Assembly: GCA_963674735.2 (NCBI GenBank)
Contig: CAXXQS010000002.1
Coordinates: 2,208,001 to 2,272,000, forward strand
Length of the DNA: 64,000 nt
Direction of reading: 5' to 3'
Origin: Myxococcota bacterium
Lineage (GTDB): Bacteria; Myxococcota_A; SURF-8
Shown in pieces: positions 40,434 through 47,699 of the stretch. Under the pieces are notes generated by a model. The model worked only from the letters and a program-made list of their open reading frames with translations, was not told where the DNA came from and made no database searches. The translations under genes and the position numbers were made by a program. Numbering within the stretch: position 1 is the stretch's first letter; every line of letters starts with the position of its first letter.

Positions 40434-42758
40434 TTACGCCGCGTGCGGTTTGACCAGACGGACGAAATTCACCCGCATGGCCGTGCCGCCCGATAGAGGA
40501 TCAAGCACGTAACTGGAAATCAGCTTCGAATCGTCGGCCCCCTTGCGGTAGGCCCGAGTCAGCTGGCGGCTGTTGTGGCCGTGGCCATGGGTCATGTAAA
40601 CGGCATCGTCGCGCATGCGTGCGGTGACGTACAGTTTGATGGGGCCTTCACGTACGCCGTCCTGATTGATGACCTCCACCCGGTCGCCGTCTTTCACGCC
40701 GTAGGAGGCCGCCACTTTCGGGCTGGCCCACAAAGTGTTTTCCGGCTCGCGGCCGTGCAACACCGGTGTGTTCTGGGTCCGGCCGAAGCTGTGCACCGGT
40801 GAGCGGCCGTAGGTGAGGCGCACGTGTCCCGGCGGTCCCTGGCGTGGGGCGAAGTAGGTGGGTAACGGCTCGAAACCCGTGGGATCTTCGCCTTTTTCGA
40901 GTTTTTCACGCCAAGCCTTTTCCAAATCCTTGCTGTACAGCTTCACTTTGTTTGCACCAGGTTTCCCATCGAAATCGGGAAAGCTCAGTTTGCGCCCGGA
41001 GCGGCCCGTGCCGTCGGGTCCGAGACCCAGACCGTCGCGGTAGATCGGGCGACCGTCGTCGAAAACCACCACGCCGTCGCGCTTCAGTTGCTCGAAATCG
41101 ACCGGCTGATGGGGGTGCTTATTATTGTATACCTCGATGATGCGACGTTGAAAATCGGCCAGGCAATCTTTGGGGCAATACTGGCCGAGGCCCATCGCCT
41201 TGCCGATGCCCATGGCGAGGTAACATTCGCAATCGCTTTCGCCGATGGGCTCGGTGGCCGGTTGCGGAATGGCCACGTAGGGGTCGCGATTGGGTGTCGC
41301 CACCAACGGGTCGGGACGCTCCAGGTAAGTGGCGGCCGGCAGCAGGACGTCGGCGTAGGTTGTGATTTCGGTTGGCAGAATGTCCACCACGACCAGCGCA
41401 TCCAGCTTGTGGATAGCGGCGATGGTTTCCTGCTGGGCGGGCAGCGAGGTGATGAGGTTCGAGCCCGCCACGATCCAGGCCTTGATTTTACCTTCCAAGG
41501 TGGCTTGTCGAATGCCATTGACGTTTCCGGCGATGCCGAAGGGATAACCGGGGTCGCGCCGCTCGGCCATCTTCGGGTAGGGCGGCATGTCGGGATAAGC
41601 TTGGTGGATCGAGGGAATCTTCAGCTTGTGCGGGAGGTAGTAACCTCCGCGAGCTCCCCAACTTCCCGTAATGGCAGTTAAAATCGCGATGGCGCGCGAG
41701 CGTTGGGTGTCGTTGCCGTACCACACCACGTGGCGACCCGGATGGAAGACCACATGGGGACCGGCTTTGCCGATCAGGTGTGCGCTGCGCAGGATCTCGG
41801 CGGCATCGAGGTCGGTTTGCTTCGCCGCCCATTCAGGGGTGGCGCTTCTCACGTGCTCGGCCAGCTCATCGAAGCCGCTGCAATGCTGGTCGATGAAGTC
41901 CCGGTCGATCAAGTTATCGCGGATTAAAATATGTATCCAGGCGAGCAGTAGGGCGATGTCGGTGCCGGGTTTGATGGGCAGCCAGGCATGGGCCTTTTCG
42001 GCGGCGGTGGAGCGACGCGGGTCGACCACGATCACCTTGGCGCCGCGCGTGCGGGCGGTGACGAACTCCTGTACTTGCAGATTGTGCATGTTTTCGCCGA
42101 GATGCGAGCCAATCAGCACCAGGCAGTCGGTGTTTTCGATATCGAGCGGCTCGGGCGACTTCAATTCGTGGCCGAACGTGAGTTTGAAGCCGACTTCGCG
42201 TGGACCCTTGCATTGGTCGTAGGCCGGGTGCGTGTGGTGCGGTGTGCCGATGGCGGAAGCCAGGTGGCCGAAATGCGCTTCGGAGGGACCATGGGTCATG
42301 ATGGCCAACGCGCCGGGACCGTGTTTGTCCACCACTTCTTTCAGCAGACGCCCCGCCTCGGCGAACGCCTCGTCTTGGCTTGCCCGCTTGAACAGTCCCT
42401 CGCCGCGCCGTCCGCTGCGGATTTGCGGGAAAGTCAGGCGGTCGGAGTCTTCGTGCATGCCGATGCCGCCCACTCCGCGCGGGCACAGGCGACCGCGGCT
42501 CATGGGGTGTTTCGGGTTGCCGCGCAGGTGCAGCAGCGTACCGTCTGCGCCCACTTCGGCGGTAACGCCGCATTTCCAGAAACAGACACCGCAGATGGTG
42601 TTGACCAACTTGGATGGCTGCGGGGCGATGTCGCGCGGATGCTCGGCGGTGTCCGTTGCGGCGGCGACGGCGGTAGCTTCGACCGTGGCGGCGACGGCGC
42701 TCGCCCCGACGACCCCGGCGGTTCCCGCTTTGAGAAAGCTGCGTCGATTCATGGGCAT
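40434..42758 (-). CDS. Tat-exported molybdopterin oxidoreductase, polysulfide/thiosulfate reductase (PsrA/PhsA) clade
   Basis: NRRSFLK Tat motif, CGVCFWKC...LCPRG Fe-S motif, YDQCKGPR candidate Cys ligand, GENMHN, HSFGRTQN. Confidence 0.88.
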   Translation of the reverse strand: MPMNRRSFLKAGTAGVVGASAVAATVEATAVAAATDTAEHPRDIAPQPSKLVNTICGVCFWKCGVTAEVGADGTLLHLRGNPKHPMSRGRLCPRGVGGIGMHEDSDRLTFPQIRSGRRGEGLFKRASQDEAFAEAGRLLKEVVDKHGPGALAIMTHGPSEAHFGHLASAIGTPHHTHPAYDQCKGPREVGFKLTFGHELKSPEPLDIENTDCLVLIGSHLGENMHNLQVQEFVTARTRGAKVIVVDPRRSTAAEKAHAWLPIKPGTDIALLLAWIHILIRDNLIDRDFIDQHCSGFDELAEHVRSATPEWAAKQTDLDAAEILRSAHLIGKAGPHVVFHPGRHVVWYGNDTQRSRAIAILTAITGSWGARGGYYLPHKLKIPSIHQAYPDMPPYPKMAERRDPGYPFGIAGNVNGIRQATLEGKIKAWIVAGSNLITSLPAQQETIAAIHKLDALVVVDILPTEITTYADVLLPAATYLERPDPLVATPNRDPYVAIPQPATEPIGESDCECYLAMGIGKAMGLGQYCPKDCLADFQRRIIEVYNNKHPHQPVDFEQLKRDGVVVFDDGRPIYRDGLGLGPDGTGRSGRKLSFPDFDGKPGANKVKLYSKDLEKAWREKLEKGEDPTGFEPLPTYFAPRQGPPGHVRLTYGRSPVHSFGRTQNTPVLHGREPENTLWASPKVAASYGVKDGDRVEVINQDGVREGPIKLYVTARMRDDAVYMTHGHGHNSRQLTRAYRKGADDSKLISSYVLDPLSGGTAMRVNFVRLVKPHAA

Positions 42759-42762
42759 GCGA

Positions 42763-43122
42763 TCACTCCTGAATGCTGGGTGGCAGTGTGTTATCAAGAC
42801 CCAAGGCTTCGCCGCGCCGCGTGTGCAACTCGGCCAGTCCTTCGCGAATGAGGCGGCAGGCTTCGAGGAACTTCGGATTGGCGATGCGGTAGTGGACCTG
42901 CTGGCCTTCCTTGCGCGCCAACACCGCGCCTTTATCGCGCATCACCCGCAAGTGTTGGGAAATATTGGCGATACTGGTTTCGAGTTCTTCGGCCAGCTCG
43001 CTTACCGTGCATTCGCCGTGTTGCAGCCGCCACATGATTTGGACGCGTTTCTGGTTGCCCATGACGGAACAGAAGTCCGATTGGATTTTACACAGGCGCG
43101 GATCGGCGATGTTATGTGACAT
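42763..43122 (-). CDS. ArsR/SmtB transcriptional regulator
   Basis: ECTVSELAEELETSIANISQHLRVMR, GQQVHY; several Cys residues. Confidence 0.9.
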   Translation of the reverse strand: MSHNIADPRLCKIQSDFCSVMGNQKRVQIMWRLQHGECTVSELAEELETSIANISQHLRVMRDKGAVLARKEGQQVHYRIANPKFLEACRLIREGLAELHTRRGEALGLDNTLPPSIQE

Positions 43123-43148
43123 GAGTACATCCTTTCGATGTCGCGTAC

Positions 43149-43198
43149 TTGCAATACTACGCAATTAAATAAATAACCAATCCGGTACGATTCGTCAA
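43149..43198 (-). promoter_or_regulatory. putative sigma70 promoter and operator for the arsR-psr operon
   Basis: TTGACG-17-TATTTA on the minus strand; short palindrome TTGC-N8-GCAA at 43149-43164. Confidence 0.45.
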
Positions 43199-43344
43199 GG
43201 AAAATTGTGAAAAATAGTTTAGGCATACGAATGAAAGTTAGGAATGACGAATTGTGGTGAGTGGGTTGCTGAGGTCAACGCCGGGGATTTAAACGGTACG
43301 AATCTTTATGCTACGAATCAAGTGCAGCACACTTAGAATCCCTC

Positions 43345-44271
43345 CTATTCAACAAGATTCCGCGCACAACGAAAACCTCTACTTTCTGATGAAAATACGC
43401 TAATTCCTTTGTCTCGATATGAGGAACGACGGTAATCGCCATATATATAAACGTCGGAATGATAACTACCACCACGAATAACATGTTCATGGCAAAATTC
43501 TTCTTTTAACCAAGCACGACCATCTGTCGGCGCACCCTCGTAATTGTCATGCCAGCAATCTTCCACCCATTCCCACACATTGCCCGACATATCGTAAAGA
43601 CCATAATCGTTGGGGAGTTTTCCTTTGACTGGGTGAGTTTGTTCACCACCATTCCATTCCCACCAGCCTATCTCGTCTGCACACTCGGACTCATCTCCAC
43701 AAGGATACTGCGTTGTTGATCCAGCACGGACGGCGTATTCCCATTCGGCTTCAGTTGGTAATCGTCCACCAACGGCGTGGCAGAATGCCCGAGCATCGAA
43801 CCACGTTATAGATTCAACAGGACAATGGCGGCATGAGTTGGAGTTGGGAACCTGAAACCAGCTAGGATTCCATGTCATGACGAATTCATATTGCTCCTGT
43901 GTTATCTCGGTCTGTGTCATCTCGAAAGCCGAAATCTGGACGTGATGCCGTGGCATTTCGGTAGCACTCCCCTCCGAACAACCCATTTCAAACTCTCCGG
44001 ATGAAATCGGTACCCATGTCAAGCCATAGTTATTTCTCTCCATATCAGTTCCATCTGCGTCTCCATCAATGACAGCGCCATCAAACACGCAGACATGCTC
44101 CGAACAAAACAATCCTTCCACACAATCTGGTGTTTCAACACAACTCTCACCCTCCTGGCTGAATATATGATCTGGGCAAGCGTCGCTACTCTCTTCGACA
44201 CACGAAACAAAACCCAGGGCACAAACGATGAAGCCCCACATAAGAACGATAGAGACTTGTTTTTGCTTCAT
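43345..44271 (-). CDS. formylglycine-generating enzyme (SUMF1/FGE-sulfatase) domain lipoprotein
   Basis: FEMG, RLPTEAEWEYA, PNDYGLYDMSGNVWEW, RGGS, GFRCAR. Confidence 0.9.
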   Translation of the reverse strand: MKQKQVSIVLMWGFIVCALGFVSCVEESSDACPDHIFSQEGESCVETPDCVEGLFCSEHVCVFDGAVIDGDADGTDMERNNYGLTWVPISSGEFEMGCSEGSATEMPRHHVQISAFEMTQTEITQEQYEFVMTWNPSWFQVPNSNSCRHCPVESITWFDARAFCHAVGGRLPTEAEWEYAVRAGSTTQYPCGDESECADEIGWWEWNGGEQTHPVKGKLPNDYGLYDMSGNVWEWVEDCWHDNYEGAPTDGRAWLKEEFCHEHVIRGGSYHSDVYIYGDYRRSSYRDKGISVFSSESRGFRCARNLVE

Positions 44272-44316
44272 GATACATCCTGACTCATCGAAGCTTTGGC
44301 CGATTAAAAACCAACA

Positions 44317-45006
44317 CTAGCGTGCACATCGAACATAAATTCCATCCGACAGATTTGGGATTGCATCCACATAGGCAATATTGAAACAAACTCCCCAATT
44401 GCGATAGTCGTTATCCTCATCGCCCATGGAAGACCAATAACATGTACATTTACCTTCCAGATCAGCTGACCAATAGCAGTCATCGGTTGGAGAATCATCC
44501 AACACACAGCCTCCACAGGTTATACTCTGGCATCGTTCTTTCATGCACTCTTCCTCACCCATATTGCATTCTCCGCCTATTTCCGTCTGTGGGCAGCCGC
44601 GGATAAGCGAACGCAGCTCGAAAAGGGAAGGCAGACGCCAGTCATCTTCTCCGTTCAACTCCAGATCCTCGCAATACGCCAGTGCGTCTTCCCAGTTCAT
44701 GGTTTGTTCTGCCGGTGGATTCTGCCACATCAAGCCGGTCGCGCCGTCGATCCAGACATGGTCGAGTACGACATCTTCCAATGAGTCGTCGTCCATCTCC
44801 GAAGCATCCCCATCCGGTTCGGAATCAGGCTGAACGCAAACCTGGTCGATGCAGCGCAGGCAATCGGCACAATCGGTGGTCCGACTGCAACTGTCACCCA
44901 ATGCACGACCGCTTTCATCCGATTCATTGCAGCCGCCGAGGCCACTGTTTATAAGAATCAGGACCAGAAGAAACATCCCATTGATAGCGTGCGCAAGCTG
45001 CTGCAT
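44317..45006 (-). CDS. DUF1566 (Lcl C-terminal) domain lipoprotein
   Basis: TGLMWQ, W..A..YC..L, DWRLP..EL, YWSS, YVRCAR. Confidence 0.85.
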   Translation of the reverse strand: MQQLAHAINGMFLLVLILINSGLGGCNESDESGRALGDSCSRTTDCADCLRCIDQVCVQPDSEPDGDASEMDDDSLEDVVLDHVWIDGATGLMWQNPPAEQTMNWEDALAYCEDLELNGEDDWRLPSLFELRSLIRGCPQTEIGGECNMGEEECMKERCQSITCGGCVLDDSPTDDCYWSADLEGKCTCYWSSMGDEDNDYRNWGVCFNIAYVDAIPNLSDGIYVRCAR

Positions 45007-45257
45007 TGTTCAAACCTCAACTGAAAAGCCCCCACGCGAGCCTGGGTTTGTGTGGATGGTCGGATACGGGGCGAGTCGTATCGGGCGGAAAACCGCCTAC
45101 CCGGTATTGTACGGATGAGACCTCGAATATACAAGGCCAATCTTTTTTTAAGGGAGGATTCTCCAGGCTCCGAAAAATCTCGTGCCATTTTTCAACGTTG
45201 ACCTATACTGGCCGCTTGAAGCTGAACGGGTTGCCGGTTGTAGCATGGGAGCGACGA

Positions 45258-46172
45258 ATGATGGGCAGGTGGTTGAAAACGAACTGGAATCTGGGGCTGC
45301 TGGCGCTGGTGATGCTGTCTTTGACGCTCCTGCTTGTGTTGCCCCTCGGGTTGCCGGAGAGTGTCAACCGGTGGGTGACCTTGCTTTTACCGAACCTGCT
45401 GGTGGGCTCGATAGCCGGTGTTCTGGCCGGACTTCTCGGTGTCGGTGGCGGACTGGTGATTGTCCCCATGCTGGTGTTTATCCTGCCGACTCAAGGCGTC
45501 CCGCATGATTCGCTGATGCACCTGGCGCTCGGGACGAGTATGGCCAGCATCCTGTTTACCTCGGTTTCAAGCTTCATGGCCCACCATCGGCGCGGGGCGG
45601 TGCGTTGGGATATCGTACGCCGGATCGTGGTCGGCATTCTGATCGGTACCTTTCTGGGGGCGCAAGTGGTTTCGTTGTTGTCCACCGACTTCCTCAAGGC
45701 TTTCTTCGTGATCTTCGCCTATTACGTGGCGGTTCAGATGTTGGCCAACTACAAGCCCAAACCCTCGCGCCAGCTTCCGAGCCGCGCCGGACTTCTGGGC
45801 GCGGGCGGCGTTATCGGCCTGGTCTCAAGTTTTGTGGGCATCGGCGGCGGGAGTTTGTCGGTGCCTTTCATGGTGTGGTGCAACATTCCCATGCATACCG
45901 CCATCGGCACCTCGGCCGCCATCGGCTTTCCCATCGCTGTGGCCGGGACCGCCGGATATGTCGTCAGTGGCTTGGCCGCATCGAATCTGCCGCCCCTTTG
46001 TTTAGGCTACCTGTATCTTCCGGCTCTGATCGGTATCGTGGGCGCCAGCGTTCTGACCGCCCCGCTGGGCGCGCGTCTGGCGCACCGTTTGCCGGTGGCC
46101 GGGCTCAAAAAGGTGTTTGCTGTCTTGCTGATCGTGATGGGGACGCGGCTTCTGTGGGGGCTGGTCGCCTGA
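45258..46172 (+). CDS. TauE/SafE (TSUP) sulfite exporter family
   Basis: GLLGVGGG...VP, GTS, GIGGG...VP, AIGTS. Confidence 0.92.
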   Translation: MMGRWLKTNWNLGLLALVMLSLTLLLVLPLGLPESVNRWVTLLLPNLLVGSIAGVLAGLLGVGGGLVIVPMLVFILPTQGVPHDSLMHLALGTSMASILFTSVSSFMAHHRRGAVRWDIVRRIVVGILIGTFLGAQVVSLLSTDFLKAFFVIFAYYVAVQMLANYKPKPSRQLPSRAGLLGAGGVIGLVSSFVGIGGGSLSVPFMVWCNIPMHTAIGTSAAIGFPIAVAGTAGYVVSGLAASNLPPLCLGYLYLPALIGIVGASVLTAPLGARLAHRLPVAGLKKVFAVLLIVMGTRLLWGLVA

Positions 46173-46173
46173 T

Positions 46174-47583
46174 TCAAGGTTCCTGCTGTTTTTCCAAAGC
46201 GACGAAAAAAGTTCTGAGCGCCGCTTCATCCGCAGGACCAAACGGCGCAGTGCCCGTGACGGAAAAACACAGATCGTCGAGCTTGCGATAGTGTTTCGAT
46301 GAATCCCGGCAAAAGTAGGCCTGCAACTGAACGTCGAGTCCGGAGTCGGAGCGGATAGTAAGGTGAACCGATTGGGTGTCGAGGGTTCGCATCTCGACGC
46401 GAAAACCCGGCACCTGATTTAGCGGCCACGCAGCCAGCCGCAATTCCAGCGGAGAAGGACCATCTTGACCATCTTGCGGCGTTTTGGAGCGGTGTGTGTC
46501 GTTGGCAACCGAATCCCGATAGGGTTGCTCGGGATGCGCCAGCATGGCCGCAACCGGTGACGCCAGCAATTCGGCGATTTGCGTGTGTCCCTTCGCCGAC
46601 CAGTGGTGGTCCCAATCGAGGCGCTCCGCCGCCTGCCAGTCCGCGTTGTCGTAGGCATCGAAGAATCCGACTTGGGGATGGGAACTCAGCCAGCCGTTCA
46701 ATCCGGCTGGAATATTCAGATCGGATACGATCAGCAATGGAGTTGAACCGGCGGCGGCGACGACAGGTTCGAGCATGGCGAAGATAATGTCTTCTTTCGC
46801 GTGTTTCGTTTCGATATTTCCGGTCCAGACGCGTGCGATTTCCACCAAGGTTTCGAGGTTCAGCGCTTGAGCCAGGCGGTAACTCGGTTGATCCACGCTG
46901 CGGGTCAGGCGGGTGCTCAGATCGGTGGCGTCGATGTCGTCTTCGCTGATATGCAGAACGAACAAATCGGGATGACGGTGTTTCTTGAGCAAACCGATCC
47001 AGCCCGGCTGGGAAACCAGGGAATGTCCCGGCATGGCCGCGTTGATCACACGCAGGTTTCGGTATTGGGATTCCAGTCGGGATTGAAGCTTGACAGCCAA
47101 GGTGTCTGCATCGTTGAGGTGCAGGCCGAAGAAAAAGGAATCGCCGAGAAGCGCCACGCGCTGTGTTTCATCTGGATCCCTTTGAGGGGTGGGAGGATTG
47201 CGCAATCCCAACTCGTCCGTATGGGCGGTCCAGTCGCCGACCGGCCAGAAATTGCAGGTACAGGTGGTCGGCCAGGCCCAGACGCCGAATGGCCGGTGCG
47301 GGGTGTGAAACAGCCCGATCATAGCCGGGACGGCCAGATAAGAGAGTAGAATCAAAAGGAAAAATGTCAATAAAACCCAGAGGCGCGTTTGAAAGCGGGG
47401 CTTTGGCGGTAGCCGGCGCTGGACCCAAAAGATACCGAGACCGACCAGCAGCCAAGGGAGCAGATGCAAGGCGAGGAAGACGCCGACGTTTGTTTTCACT
47501 CCCACCCACTCGACCGCTCCGCCGAAGAGGCGGATGGTGAGAAAGAGAAAAAGGGCGGAAAGTGTTATGTGTAGAAACCGCAT
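46174..47583 (-). CDS. membrane-anchored SGNH/GDSL-like hydrolase
   Basis: LLGDSFFFG, INAAMPG, DHHWS..GH; N-terminal TMs. Confidence 0.7.
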   Translation of the reverse strand: MRFLHITLSALFLFLTIRLFGGAVEWVGVKTNVGVFLALHLLPWLLVGLGIFWVQRRLPPKPRFQTRLWVLLTFFLLILLSYLAVPAMIGLFHTPHRPFGVWAWPTTCTCNFWPVGDWTAHTDELGLRNPPTPQRDPDETQRVALLGDSFFFGLHLNDADTLAVKLQSRLESQYRNLRVINAAMPGHSLVSQPGWIGLLKKHRHPDLFVLHISEDDIDATDLSTRLTRSVDQPSYRLAQALNLETLVEIARVWTGNIETKHAKEDIIFAMLEPVVAAAGSTPLLIVSDLNIPAGLNGWLSSHPQVGFFDAYDNADWQAAERLDWDHHWSAKGHTQIAELLASPVAAMLAHPEQPYRDSVANDTHRSKTPQDGQDGPSPLELRLAAWPLNQVPGFRVEMRTLDTQSVHLTIRSDSGLDVQLQAYFCRDSSKHYRKLDDLCFSVTGTAPFGPADEAALRTFFVALEKQQEP

Positions 47584-47645
47584 GGAGTCTCCATCCGATT
47601 GTCGAGAACAGACGCATGATAGCATGGACAAAACGGACTTGAGTG

Positions 47646-47676
47646 AAAAATAAACGCCCCGGTGAGGACCGGGGCG
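47646..47676 (-). terminator. nrdJ terminator
   Basis: CGCCCCGGT/ACCGGGGCG stem followed by a T-rich tail on the minus strand. Confidence 0.75.
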
Positions 47677-47699
47677 CGTGAAGACGAAGGTAAAAAAGG

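Noticed and set aside
43345-45006. Complete diversity-generating retroelement
   Set aside because: No reverse transcriptase, Avd or template repeat seen in the window
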